Shown in pieces: positions 25,140 to 37,357 of a stretch of 51,617 nucleotides of DNA; positions within the stretch are counted from its first letter, which is position 1, and each line of letters starts with the position of its first letter. The notes beneath the pieces were generated by a model. The model saw only the letters and a program-made list of their open reading frames with translations, searched no databases and was not told the DNA's origin. The translations under genes were made by a program, and so were the position numbers. The stretch comes from Guillardia theta CCMP2712 (Eukaryota > Protista > Cryptophyta), in contig NW_005434484.1 of assembly GCF_000315625.1 (NCBI RefSeq), positions 35,871-87,487 of the forward strand. Direction: 5' to 3'.

Positions 25140-27470
25140 CTAGTCCTCGTCTATCACGATGTACTTCTTCAACCCCATCCAGGCTTCTCGGAACTTGCGA
25201 TACCTTATGGAGGCCTTGGCGAAGAATCTGCATGACGTCAGCGACGCCTCGGGACCCGCCGGCTCTCACTTGGCCTCCCTCGCATGATGCTGGGCGAGCC
25301 GTTGGGAGATCTTAGCTCGCCTCCCGATCTCTGTCACCCGTCCGATGTTCTCTCGTGCCATCCGAGCTGCACCTGCCTCAGCTTCTCCTCCCCTCTCCTC
25401 CCCTCCCTTCCCTTCCCCTCCCCTTTCTCCTCTCCTCTCTCTGTCCTGTCCTGTCCTGTCCTGTCCTGTCCTGTCCTCCACTCCCTCACTCCCCTCCTCC
25501 CTTCCACCTGCGTTGCCGCCTTCTCGAGCTGAGATCTCCCCCGCTGCCTCCAGCTCTGACCAGTCCTTCGACAAGTCGTACTCCCTCGAACCTGCCCAGC
25601 ATCACCCCAGCACGCCTCGCCGCCTCTTCACCTTTGTACTCCCCCATGTTGTAGATCTGAACCTCCCGCGCCCCGTCCCCAAGGCTGTCAAACTCGTCAG
25701 ACCCGTTCACCTCCCCAGCTGCGTCACTTCTGATGGGCCACGATCTCCCCGTGTAGCTCGTCCTCCTTCCAGCTCCCTGACCTCCCAGTCACAGACTGCA
25801 GGGGGAGAAGGGGGAGGGGAGGGGAGGAAAGGAGGAGAAGAGGAAGAGGAGAGGAGAAGAGTAGGGAGGAGGAGAGGGAACAGGAGAGGGAGGCAGCGAC
25901 CGATGTAGGTGATCCCTCCTGACGTCTTCATCATCCCCACGCCCGTCGCATCTTCCCGTCCACGTACTTCCCCTCGCCATTCTCTCACTCCTCCTCCTCC
26001 TCCTCCTCCTCCTCCTCCTCCTCCTCCTCCTCCTCCTCCTCCACCTCCTCTCCTCCTCCTCCCTCTTCCTCCCTCCTCACCATATGCCACCCCCGTCCTG
26101 ATAAGTGGTCTTCCCGTTCCCATGCGCCTTCCCGAGCTTGAAGTACCCCTCATACTTGTCTCCTGCCGCCGCGCCATGGGACTGACCCCACTGGTAAACC
26201 TGCAGGAGGATGAGGCGGGTTTGAACCGGCTCCTCCTCCTCACCCCCAGCCCGTGCTTCTGGTCTTTGAACCATCCACCGATGTAGTACTCGTCGTCCAC
26301 GTAGAGCAAGATCCCCAGCCTGCCTCCTAGTCAGCCCCTTCCTCCTCCTCCTCCTCCCTCCTCCTCCTCCCTCCTCCTCCTCCTCTCCCCCCTCCTCACC
26401 CGTTCATCTGTCCCCGCAGCCATTCTCCGATGTACACTCCTTTCTCCTTGGAGTTGTACATGTAGATCCCCGTCCCCTGCCGCCTCCCGGCATGGTAGGA
26501 GCCCTCGTACCTGCATGCCTCTCACCTCGCAGCTCTCCTGCCATGGCCTACCGATGAGACGCGTAGGGACTCTTCTTCCCGTACACGTACACCCCGTACC
26601 CCTCCATCTTGCCGTGGTGCCACTGCCCCAGGTAGCAGTCCCCATCGAACCAACAGAAAACCCCGTAGTTGTCGGGCAGGTCATGCATCCTGATACCCTC
26701 AGCTCACTCGCGCCCACAGCAGCAGCTCCTGTCACTCACCACAGCCCGTAGTAGCTCTCTCCTCCTCCTAGCGGCGGGTCTGGCCATGCGCAGATGCCCC
26801 TGTTCACTCTCTGGCCATCGATGGTAGTTTCGCCCCAGTACTGGATCTTGGTGTTGGTGTTCTTGCTGTACCAGTACTTCTGTCCAAACGCCTTGATCAA
26901 CCATGACGACTTGCTGCAAACCTAGTCGGTTGATGCTCAGCATTCCAAACCAACTCACGAAGCAATCAAGGATTCGATCTCCTCTCTCCTTGATATCTGC
27001 CATGGCAATGCTGCCTCCGGTTCGCGCCGAAGGAAGAAAGAGAGCATGCTGACAATCAATCCGCCTGAGGGTTGAGGTCACATGGCTACAAGGAGGGGAG
27101 GCAACGATGCTATCGACCTGACGGCTGCTGATGTTCGTCATGGTCAGCATGGTGATCATGGTGATCTCCTTCTTCCTCCAACTTCTTTACCTTTGAGCCC
27201 AGTCAGTACTTCTCCCTTCGCCTCTTCCTCCTCACTCTCTCCCCCGCTCGCTCGCTCCCTCCCTCCCTCCCCTCCCTCCCTCCCTCTCTCCCTGCTTATC
27301 TGTTCAACCTCTGCCTTTCCGAGCTTCAGGATGTCGACGCCTTGGAGCTCCTGTTTCATCTGATCTTCATCAATCACGACCTGCTTCCGCCCCTTGCGAG
27401 CTCCCTTCTTCTTCCCCGCAGCCTCCTCCTCCTCCCCTTCCCTTCCCGTGGCTGCTGCCTGCTTCGACAT
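25140..27470 (-). CDS. MORN-repeat protein (many short exons)
   Basis: Exons read DGDCYLGQWHHGKMEGYGVYVY, YEGSYHAGRRQGTGIYMY, YIGEWLRGQMNG, YYIGGWFKDQKHGLG, DKYEGYFKLGKAHGNGKTTY and GSWKEDELHG. The last exon ends KKYIVIDED* at 25140. Start at 27470 is tentative; there are apparent indels near 25945-26095. Confidence 0.8.
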
Positions 27471-27700
27471 CGAAGTTGGGTAGCGATCAGTCGGACAGAA
27501 AGGGTGGTGGTGGTCCTCGTTAAAACTAGGAGGTGGGGTTATTCCATTACCACCTATCACCCCTACTTTATGGGCTTTTAGCTCGATAAATTGAGGGTGG
27601 GGTATCAATTTGAAGGTGTTGGGGGTGGTAAGGCGGTTGGCCTATGACGGTAGCAACTTGACGAATCTCAAACCAAGACGAACTCCGACAAACAACTCTT

Positions 27701-27747
<47 letters not shown>

Positions 27748-27771
27748 CCTGCTCCTCCTGCTCCTCCTGCT

Positions 27772-27837
<66 letters not shown>

Positions 27838-27897
27838 CCTGGTGCTGGTGCTTGCTGTTGCTGCTGTTGCTGCCTGCCTGCCTGCCTGCCTGCCTGC
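27701..27897. repeat. (CCTGCT)n / (CCTG)n low-complexity repeat
   Basis: Tandem CCTGCT units followed by CCTG units. Confidence 0.9.
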
Positions 27898-29169
27898 TGC
27901 TTCTCCCTCTTCTGCCCCCGCCTCCTCCTACCTCCTCCTTCTACTACTGCCTCTTCCTACACATTATCCTACATCCGTCTCCTCCTCCTGCACCCGTTCC
28001 TCCTGCCTCCTGCCTCCTGCCTCCTCCTGCTTCTCCTCCCCGTCATCGTCGTCGTCGTTGTGAAAAAATTTCTCACACCATATCAGTGAGGAAATTATTC
28101 GAGAGATTCATCAAAATCGTAAGGATTGTTTTGAGAGATTGACAGAATACACACTGAAACATTAAGACCTTACACAAGACTATGAACAAAGCAAAATATG
28201 AGAGCAAAATGGTAACAAAATGAAGAGGGTAAAAACATGAACACACTCCTCCTCCTCCATCACCACCGGAGACTCCTTGGGCCACTGGTCGACTTCTCCT
28301 TCTCGTCCACATGCTCTTACTTGTTCTCCCAGTCTTGCTTTTGTCCCCCTGCCCCCTCATGCGAGCCTTGTCCCTTCAAGACAATCGAGGTTCAGAGGTC
28401 ATGAAGGTGCTCTTGACAGAGTTTACTTCGGGACAGCACGCGCAAACACTCGACTATCCCACATTGCTGGTCTCCGATACCTTATAGCCTCTCTCCCTTA
28501 CGCGATCTTCAATGAGTGTGCGGCGTCAATCTTCGGTAAGATTTGATGCTGGTGCTGCCGCCGCTGCTCCAACTCGCTTCCTGACAGGCTCCTCTTCCTT
28601 GTGATCTTCACCTGCTCCTGCTCACCCTAGCTGTACGTAATCAAAGCTACGATGAAATGAGAACTCAATTGGGCCCCGCTGTCTTTCACCTGCTTTGAAC
28701 TCGACCAGCACACAACACGCTGTGAGCTCTATGCCCTCGTGTCTCTCGTTGTGTTTTGCTACAGCAAGACTTACAGCAAATAGGGAAGTAGAGATTGATA
28801 TCAATCCACTCTCATGCTGATATTCCACTGAACTTATCTAGACTCATCCTATCTGAATCATTTTGATCTCTTGATACCTCTCCCCTCTTTCTTCCCCAAA
28901 TTTTAACATCTTTAACCATCCTCCTCCCATCGACGCCCTCATGAACCTCGCCCAACTTCGCGTTCCCATGCTGCTCCCTTTCTTCCCCTTCCTTGCTCTT
29001 CATGCTTTCCGTTGCTGTCCACATCCATGTCCTCTTCTGCTTCATCCTCACTCTCCCCCTCCCCCTCCCCCTCCCCCTCCCCCTCCCCTCCCCCTCCCCC
29101 TCCCCTCCCCCTCCCCTCTCTCTCTCTCGCTCCTTCCTCGGATTATCGTAGTTCAAGGCTTGCAAGCAC

Positions 29170-29430
29170 CACTACTACCCCTACCCCTCCTCACCCCTTC
29201 TCATGTACCCCTCCGAATCATGTGCGGTTACTTTCCGTTTTGGGGTAATAACTTATGGAAGATACCTTCAAGGGGGTGGGGTGGTATAGAGGTGGGGTGG
29301 GTAGGGGTTGAGCAGTATGGCAGGGGTTTACACCATCTATCAAAAGGGTTTATTTCGTACGGGTACGCGCTTACATACCCATGGGTAGGGTACAACTGAA
29401 GGGAGCAGGGTAGGGTGGTATATCTGGGGG
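29170..29430. repeat. GGGTA/TACCC-enriched tract
   Basis: Multiple ctaccc, ggggta and gggtagggta words. Similar tracts at ~5095-5140, ~27478-27630 and 41995-42775. Confidence 0.5.
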
Positions 29431-30286
29431 AGCGAGCATGAACATGGGGCATGTGATGATGTTGGGGAGGAGGAGGAGGGGAATGGAGAGGGAGCAGGAG
29501 CAGTAGCAGGAGTAGCAGGAGCAGCAGGAGCAAGAGCAGGAGGAGGAGCAGGAGCAGGAGGGGAGACAGGGAGACAAGATGATAGGAAGACGGGGAGGAG
29601 CGGGAGGCAGGGAGGGAGGCAGGGAGTGGGATGGAAAGGGGGAGGTAATTTTAGGGTAGAGGGGGTTGAAAGAGAAAGCGAGGTGGGGCATGCAAGGAGA
29701 AGAGCGGAATGATTGCTTGCAGAAGCAGAGCTGACTGACAGAAGGGAAGAACTTGTGAAATAGAACGAATGTATGTAACTTTTACAGAAGGTCGTAAGAT
29801 GAAAGGTTTCACAAGTGATTCTTGATCGGAACGGAAACGTTTCTGTGAAGCAAGTATGAGAGATAGCAGGTTAAACTCGCACTCTCAGGCATCCTTGTTG
29901 GAGCAGAGGAATTTTCGTGTTATATGAAAGAAAACCTGAATACAGATGCAGAGATCAGGGACTGTGACTATTGAGAGAACATATGAAGTGAGGTGATAGG
30001 CTGTCAGGAGCAGGAGCACGTGATGTGAAGACATCATAAATGGAGGATGCGGTATGCAGCAAGAAATCAGACAAGAATTAGTGAAAATGCAGCTTTATCC
30101 AAGTCTTTTGACAAGGGACCTCAGCGGAACATGCCTGACTGTAAGTTGTGAACAGATGATAAGGATGAACAAGTATAGCTATCTCGGGATATTGTCGTCT
30201 TTCGGTGGTATGTTTGTTGTTGTTTCAGCATGTTCAGAGTGTCTTCAGCTGACTGGCTCGCGGTTTTCAGTCGCGATCTGTTTCAG

Positions 30287-32106
30287 ATGGATTCTAGCGG
30301 AGCTGCATCGGCGGAGGTTGACGATTACGCATTCAAGGCGCTCGAAACTAAAGAAGATTGAAGTCTTGGAATCCAAGTCTGAGGTGGAAGCTTCGATGAT
30401 GATGATCATGAGGAGGGGGGAGGAGGAGGAGGAGCAGGAGGAGCAGGAGGAGCAGGAGGAGCAGGATGAGGAGGTCCTTCTTGGCTCATCAGTCTCCCAC
30501 CAGGTGGCGAAGCATCGGGGATACAAGAACTCAGATATCGAGCTGGTCATCAAGAAGTTGGTGGAGGAGAACGCGCTGGGGATCGATGTGCAGGTACATT
30601 TGACGACGTTTGCCGCCCTCTCTTGACCATGGCACAGCCTGTGGCGATCTGCTATGACATGGATGCTCTGAAGGAGACTCTCTGTGCCCTCAAGTGACCC
30701 TCCCCTGGGCCCTTGCCCGTCCTCACCCTTTCCCCCAGGGTCGCGTTCCCCGGCAACTTCACTCACTGCATAGCGATCAAGAGCAACCCGCTTCCTTTCT
30801 TCTTGAAGTTCGCCGTGAGGATGGGCTGCGGACTGGAGGCTGCGTCGTACGCCGAGGCGCTGCTGGCCTTGAGGTGGGTTTGACGCTTCTTCCTCCTCCT
30901 GAGCCATGCTGAACCCCTGCTGAAGGACTGGCTGCCCTCCGGACAAGATTATGTTTGACTCCCCAGCTAAGACCCGAGCTGACATTCGGTTTGCGCTCGA
31001 GTACAACATCCAGATCAATGCCGACAACTTCTTTGAGCTTGATCGCATCGCGGAGGAACGGAAGAAACTGGAGGTGAAGGACTCGTCTACCTTGTCTTTC
31101 CCCCCTCTCCTCTTGCTATCCCATGCTCCTTCCTGCTCCCTGCGATCTCACGCGCAAGCTGCCACAGGACTCGGGGTTCCTGTCGTCGTCGGTGATCGGG
31201 CTGCGGATCAATCCGCTGGTGGGAGAGGGGAAAATCAAGTCCCTGTCGGTCTCGGACGAGAGCTCCAAGTTCGGCATCGCACTCACCGCAGACGCCAAGA
31301 CGGTGATCCTCGAGTACTTCCGCCGGTTTTCCTGGCTCTCCGCTCTGCACTGCCATGTCGGGTCGCAGGGCTGCACGCTGTCCCAGCACGCGCAAGGAGC
31401 GAAGAAGCTGTTCGAGCTGTGTGAAGAGATCAACAGGGAGGTGGGCAGCACACGAATCAGGCGCATGGACATCGGAGGGGGGCTGCCGGTGAACTTCGAG
31501 TCGGAGGAGATCTCTCCGACCTTCGACGTCTACGCTAAGACCCTCAAGGAGGAGGTTCCCGCCCTCTTCCGCGGCGACCTCACCGTCATCACCGAGTACG
31601 GGCGGTCAGTCAGCGCCAAGGCTGCGTGGGCTGCATGCTCCATCGAGTACATCAAGACTATCTCTGCGGACTACGAGATCGCCGTCATCCAGGCAGGAGC
31701 TGACCTGTTCCTACGCACCTGCTACGTCCCGTCCAACTTCTCCCTCCGCGTCACAGGGCATCACAGACACTCGGGGAAGGAGCTGCAGCCGCACGCCGAG
31801 AACGTCAAGGCCGGCAGCGAAGTCGCTCGCCGGGTGAAGCGATACGACGTGGCGGGCCCGCTGTGCTTCGGAGGAGACAAGATCACCGTAAACCGCTCGA
31901 TGCCGCAGCTCCTCGTCGGCGACTTCGTCGTGGTGCACGACGTCGGAGCCAACACGCTCTCCATGTTCTCTCGCCATTGCAGCAGGCAAGCGCCTCCTGT
32001 CTATGGTTACCGCAGGCGTCAGGAGGGCGATGGGGTCGAGGTTGTTCTGATAAAGGAGATGGAGCCTGTCGAAGACGTCCTCAGGTTCTGGTCTTGTCCC
32101 TTGTAA
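30287..32106 (+). CDS. lysA: PLP-dependent group IV decarboxylase, diaminopimelate decarboxylase-like
   Basis: PLP-lysine motif HCIAIKSNP, GLEAAS, FDSPAKT, INADNF.EL, GLRINP, SKFGI, LHCHVGSQ, DIGGGL, TEYGRS and VAGPLCFGGD. Several short introns; stop TAA at 32104-32106. The start codon is uncertain and substrate specificity is inferred. Confidence 0.8.
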
Positions 32107-32259
32107 ACGTTTATTCTTTCCTAGTTCATAGAAATGTAAGAATTACAGATTTTTCTTTAGCTCTGATCTTCAGATGCTTCTCTCGCACCCTCACGCCAAT
32201 TGACTGAGTTTCTCCTTTAGTGCAACGACCGTCCATGCTGTGAGCAAGCATTGTGGAAA

Positions 32260-33943
32260 TCAAAACAGAGGCTTGGGCTTGGCACCTTTCTTCGTCGATT
32301 TCTTGCGAGTGAACTTGGGTCTACTGCACCTCCGCTTCTTGGGTCGACTCTGTGGACCGCTCTTGGGCTCTAATCGAGTGACTGAGAGATTCTGAAGGTT
32401 CGTAGCGATATCGTCGAGCTCGTCGTGCTCCTCTTGCTCTTCAACTGGCGGAACAAACGCAGCGTATGAGCGATGACGAGTACTGCGGACTTGCTCGACA
32501 CTGTAAGCATTCATGCGACCAACGATTCCTTTTCACTCACCATTGAACAAGTTTGGAGATCGATACTCGGGCGTCTTGACCTGGTCAGTGCTTGCAGGCG
32601 TGGAAACTTGGAGGTTATTTTGAATGCGGTTCTCATTCAAGTCCATCTGTGTGAGTGGTACTTGAACATCGTTTTCCTGAAGAAAGTCACCAAGCCGCTA
32701 GTCACAGTCCATGAATCCCACCTCAGCATTATCTTCGTTGTCGCTGTCTTCCCACATAGCATCGAAGTCATTGTCAATGTAATTTTCAGTGTTCTGCGTC
32801 AATTCTTCAGGCTCCTCTACTGTTGTCTTCACTCGTAATTCGACGGAATGATATGGCGTAGATGATTTTCCAAGCAGGTAATTTTCAGGAGGCGAGGTGT
32901 ACCTAGATAGTATGAAGAAAAGTTTCACATGTCAAATATCACATGATGCAGTCATCAGTCTTCGAGTCTTGGAATCCGGGGATATCAAAGTCTTGTGGAG
33001 GTGGCTGCCAACTTTTGAGATGCATGAGATATGTGACTTTCTTGTAACCCACATTCTTGGGGTCGAAGTAAAGTCGCATTGTGATGCATCTCTCCTTGAA
33101 AACAAAATACGGTCACGGCACATTCTCATTTGATGTGTATAAGTGCCGAAAACAGATGAGAAAGTCGATTGCACCTCGGGCAGAGCGCTCAGAGTCCCAT
33201 TCAGTGAGACCACCGTGCGCACAAACTGGCCTGTGTCAGAATAGCGCTTGCTTGTAAACTCGCCTCTACACGTACCTGTGAGCTGAGTTGCTTCACCTCT
33301 TTCTGAGTATATCCTATGAAATTCTGCACATGGTTCTTTTCTTTACTGTTTCCTCTCTCAATATTCAAGCTCCCGTTTGCGTCAATCTTGAAATACCACG
33401 CCTCCACTGTTGCAATTCAACGTCTGGGCAACAAGGTACAGTGAACTCACCCAAGCAGTTCTGATCCTTTTCAGTGTAAATGCCGAAGACAAGCATCTTC
33501 AAATGATTTTGTTTCAATGCTGTGAAGACACCTGGGAAAGCGAGATTATCCTTCGTTCTTCTGTTCATTGGTACATGAAATTCCTTCTTCTAGCCAATAT
33601 AATATCTTGTCCGCCTTGAACAAATCATCAGAAACAAGATCCTTCATTTGGCAGAATTCGAACATCTTCATTCACGTGCTTGATCAAGGCATGAAAATTC
33701 GTCGCGCCGAACTTCTTCAGTGTGAAGGCATTTTCCGAGAAGATGTTCCGTATGAAACATATCTGATCTTCATACATCAGACTTTAAAATGTTTCCTCCT
33801 CATTTATCTTTGCGACTCACCTCACTCAACAGAGCTGCCAGCAGATTCTGAGTGACATAAAGAGAAGTTTTCTTCGTCATCATCGTCGCCGCTGCTGTTG
33901 CTGCCGTTGCCACCGCCATCGTGGTCTTCGCTGCTCTGGACAT
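32260..33943 (-). CDS. HOP1: Meiotic HORMA-domain protein (Hop1/ASY1/HORMAD-like)
   Basis: Spliced reading gives SLYVTQNLLAALLSE|ICFIRNIFSENAF..ADKILYWLEEGI..ALKQNHLKMLVFGIY..EAWYFKI..RTVVSLNGTLSALPE..KLFF, which fits the HORMA consensus. Acidic linker and a C-terminal RPKKRRCSRPK. ATG at 33941-33943. Confidence 0.78.
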
Positions 33944-33995
33944 CGCTCGACCCACAAACTTTTCTTTGGCGGGATCTTTTCGGTGTTGAACCTTT

Positions 33996-34036
33996 CTTTA
34001 CTCAAAGTTAAGTTAAAAATCAGTACGAGGACAATC
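33996..34036. repeat. Dispersed 41-bp motif, copy 1 (ctttactcaaagttaagttaaaaatcagtacgaggacaatc)
   Basis: 40/41 identical to 45944-45984; the first 32 nt match 37119-37150 with one mismatch. Confidence 0.9.
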
Positions 34037-34597
34037 CGGAGAGTAGTGAGTCCTGAGTGAGTTGCTGAGGGGACTCGATCCGGGCCGGCCGGCCGTCCCT
34101 GGCCCGCCGGCCGGGCCGGCGGCCGGCGCGGCCGGCCGAACAGGCTGACCGTCTTCCGGTAAGTCACGGTCCACGTTAACAAGACTCAGAACAGCCGTCA
34201 CTATGTTTAAGGTTAAGAAGACCGGTATGCACGGTGCCTGGACATACGGCGATCAATGAGGAAAGAGAGATCCTGCTCAGTGATAGTCCTTGTGATTCGT
34301 TCAGAGTACTTCCCCGCGACTCAGAACTTACCTGAGACATCCCAGGTCAAGTCACAGTACTATTCCCGTACTAGTGAGTTACGTTCAAGTTCCAGACTGC
34401 CGTACCGGTTTCAAGTCAGCAGACTGAGCAGCTGAACCAAGACTCAACAAGCAGATTGAAGCGAAAGAACCTTGCCAAACAGAGCGATGCAACACAACAA
34501 GTTCAGCTCTGCACAAGCACTTTGGCATCCACCGTCCTCACTGAGTCATGTCGATCATGGCATCAAGTAGCAAGGCGAGAGTGTGAGGGCAACAGCC

Positions 34598-34755
34598 AGC
34601 ATGTCCTACTACCCTGACTACTACTACCTACCCCCTGGTCAGGGGTACGAGGTCAGAGGCAGCAAGCATGTCCTACTACCCTGACTACTACTACCTACCC
34701 CCTGGTCAGGGGTACGAGGTCAGAGGCAGGAAGCATGTCCTACTACCCTGACCAG
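34598..34755 (+). repeat. 67-bp tandem repeat (2.3 copies) in the IR1 left arm, mirrored at ~36531-36690
   Basis: atgtcctactaccctgac recurs at 34601, 34668 and 34735. Each full unit contains the hairpin cccctg-gt-cagggg. Confidence 0.9.
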
Positions 34756-34831
34756 GATCAGAGCATCAGGTAACAAGGCGAGAGTGGGAGGCCTCACGTC
34801 ATCATCAAGCGTCTATGCCGCACATCGCCTT

Positions 34832-35122
34832 TTATTGCTCACCCCTACACCCCTCAAGCCTCCTCCCTCCTCGCCGCTCTACCCACGCGCAGCTTGTCAA
34901 GGATCTGAGTACGTCTGGCTCGTGGGCATCGGTGAGAAGCTTGATGCAGTGCCGGAGGGCGTCGAGCTGCTTCCTGCGGCTGGGACCCGCGTCGTGACGC
35001 AGCAGGCTTGATGCGGATGTTCCATCGACGGGGGATGCGGAGGAGGAGGGCGGCTTGGCGGAGGAGGAGAGAGCATCAGGAGGCGAGGAGGAGGAGCAAG
35101 GGGATGGGACATGACGAGACAT
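34832..35122 (-). CDS. Small unknown protein, family copy A1 (96 aa)
   Basis: MSRHVPSP...GPSRRKQLDALRHCIKLLTDAHEPDVLRSLTSCAWVERRGGRR. The TAA stop overlaps AATAAA; paralogous to three other copies. Confidence 0.55.
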   Translation of the reverse strand: MSRHVPSPCSSSSPPDALSSSAKPPSSSASPVDGTSASSLLRHDAGPSRRKQLDALRHCIKLLTDAHEPDVLRSLTSCAWVERRGGRRLEGCRGEQ

Positions 35123-35145
35123 GCTTGACAGACGAGAACGGATTC

Positions 35146-35183
<38 letters not shown>

Positions 35184-36107
35184 CTTCGCCGGGATGTGCG
35201 CTAGAGAACAGGATGGAAAGAGCCGAGGGGTTGGACAACAGCACAGAGCTCAAGGGAGGGATGAACGGAGGATCGCAGGGGTAGGAGAGGGTGGACGAGG
35301 AGGAGTGGTGGGGGAGACGTGTGAGTGGAGGGAGGGAGGGGAGCAGTGATCTACTTCAACACTCTCCCCGCCTGCTTCGGGGTCTCCCTCCGTGACCCTC
35401 GTATCCCCTTTGGTAGAGCCCCGTGACCGGTCAGGATTATTATCTACTTTTAAAAGACAGTACCGCAGAGAGTTTACTCATCGAAGGTATGTCGTATCTA
35501 GTCCACGTAACCCAGCTCAGAGTCACGTCTCACAAGTTCGTGACCATCGGGTACGAAAGTGCGCCCAGTGAATCGGCGCCCCGAAGGTCGGCACAGTGAC
35601 AGCGAGCAGCCTCCTGTAAGCTTCTTCCCTTCTTCCCCTCGGATATAACACAGTACGGTACCTCCGGAAAAATCTAGAGAGTCACGAGGGCCCGAAGGCA
35701 GTCTCGAGCACCCACGAATCATATCCGAAGTTTCTCCGCCCCTCTAGAAGACGATTCAGTCGGTTGTATGTGATAGAGCATGACGACGAAGTGACCTCTT
35801 TTCGTATCATGATATGCTGTAAGCTTCGAATCCCCGGAGGTCCGGCAAGGAAGCCTGATATTTTGATACGCTCTCGTGATGGTATGTAAGTAAATCTGTA
35901 GTGGTACAAATGAAACCTGACGGGTCACGAGGACTGTACGAGATGCGAGGGTCACGGAGGGAGACCCCGAAGCAGGCGGGGAGAGTGTTGAAGTAGATCA
36001 CTGCTCCCCTCCCTCCCTCTACTCGCACGTCTCCCCCACCACTCCATCCCCTCTGTTAGTCCTCTCACGTGCATTCACACACCAGCATCCGTTCTCGTCT
36101 GTCAAGC

Positions 36108-36440
36108 ATGGCTCATCGTGACTCGTTATCCTCCTCCTCGCCTCCTGATGCTCTCTCCTCCTTCGCCAAGCCTCAGGCTCAGCATTCCTTGCAGCAGGGC
36201 CACCAGCTCTCCTCCCCCTCCTCATCCGCATCCTCCGTCGATGGATCTCCAGCATCCGCATCAAGCCTGCAGCGTCACGACGCGGGTCCCAGCCGCAGGA
36301 AGCAGCTCGACGCCCTCCGGCACTGCATCAAGCTTCTCACCGATGCCCACGAGCCAGACATACTCAGATCCTTGACAAGCTGCGCGTGGGTAGAGCGGCG
36401 AGGAGGGAGGAGGCTTGAGGGGTGTAGGAGTGAGCAATAA
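36108..36440 (+). CDS. Small unknown protein, family copy A2 (110 aa)
   Basis: Same gtcaagcATG context as A1, with the frame preserved despite indels in the Ser/Pro-rich N-terminus. Core RRKQLDALRHCIKLLTD; the stop overlaps AATAAA. Confidence 0.55.
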   Translation: MAHRDSLSSSSPPDALSSFAKPQAQHSLQQGHQLSSPSSSASSVDGSPASASSLQRHDAGPSRRKQLDALRHCIKLLTDAHEPDILRSLTSCAWVERRGGRRLEGCRSEQ

Positions 36441-37118
36441 AAGGCGATGTGCGGCATAGACGCTTGATGATGACGTGAGGCCTCCCACTCTCGCCTTGTT
36501 ACCTGATGCTGCCAGGGATGTTTCTGATCCTGGTCAGGGTAGTAGGACATGCTTCCTGCCTCTGACCTCGTACCCCTGACAAGGGGGTAGGTAGTAGTAG
36601 TCAGGGTAGTAGGACATGCTTGCTGCCTCTGACCTCGTACCCCTGACCAGGGGGTAGGTAGTAGTAGTCAGGGTAGTAGGACATGCTTGCTGTTGCCCTC
36701 ACACTCTTGCCTTGCTACTTGATGTCTGTCCTGTTGCATCGCTCAGTTGCCAGTCACAGTGTTTCTTCTTTTCCTGCACAAGGCTTGCGAGACTTTGACA
36801 TCCGAAGTTCAAGTAGAAACGCTTGAGCATGACCTGTGTATGCTGAGGCAGTTTGAGTAATCGGATCGGACAAGGCGGCTGACTGCTAGGGGGATCATCA
36901 GTGGAGAAGCTGACTTGGTCGGCAAATGAGGACGGGCAAGGTGGAAAGCAAATCTGAACTTTCGCACGCCAAACGTGACCTTGATCGCAACGCAGTCGCA
37001 GTTACTCACGAGCAGAGCGAGAGTCAGGCTCCTCAGATCGAACCTCGGAACATCCGAGTGTCCTAAGGCCCAGCCATTCCGCTCCTCACTATCATCTCCG
37101 GTGAACGTGACCCAGTTG

Positions 37119-37150
37119 CTTTACTCAAAGTTGAGTTAAAAATCAGTACG
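37119..37150. repeat. Dispersed 41-bp motif, truncated copy 2
   Basis: ctttactcaaagttgagttaaaaatcagtacg. Confidence 0.85.
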
Positions 37151-37357
37151 GGCGCCTGGCAGTGTAAGGAGTCACGAGGCGGAGACCTCGTGTAGTAAAG
37201 AACCATATCTAAAGTTTCTGCGCCCCCTTTCAAGGTTCCAGCCCCTCTACACGAGCCTGGCCCTCTTAAGATACAAGGCAGCCCCTCCCCGCACTCCCTG
37301 CTGCTTGGTTGTATACCTCCCTCTGACCTCTGACGTCTAGCTTCAGCCTCTGTCTTG

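Larger units (their letters stand above)
34561..36724. repeat. Long inverted repeat IR1: arms ~34561-35435 and ~35916-36724, spacer ~480 bp
   Basis: catcaagtagcaaggcgagagtgtgagggcaacag (34561) is the near-exact reverse complement of ctgttgccctcacactcttgccttgctacttgatg (ends 36724). Homology runs inward to gtgatctacttcaacactctccccgcctgcttcggggtctccctccgtgaccctcg and its reverse complement near 35945-36002. Confidence 0.93.

Noticed and set aside
27610-28142. Pro/Ala-rich and Leu/Cys-rich ORFs
   Set aside because: They derive from (CCTGCT)n low-complexity DNA with no other coding signal.
28250-29165. Possible minus-strand multi-exon gene
   Set aside because: Only short ORFs with no recognisable motif; I could not build a consistent splice model.
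34598-34755. Possible CRISPR-like array
   Set aside because: The units are near-identical tandem copies with no unique spacers, there are no cas genes, and the context is eukaryotic.
34509-36803. Degenerate direct repeat ctgcacaag..actttg.catcc on both sides of IR1 as a target-site duplication
   Set aside because: It is gapped and offset from the arm ends, which is too weak to call a TSD without an empty-site comparison.
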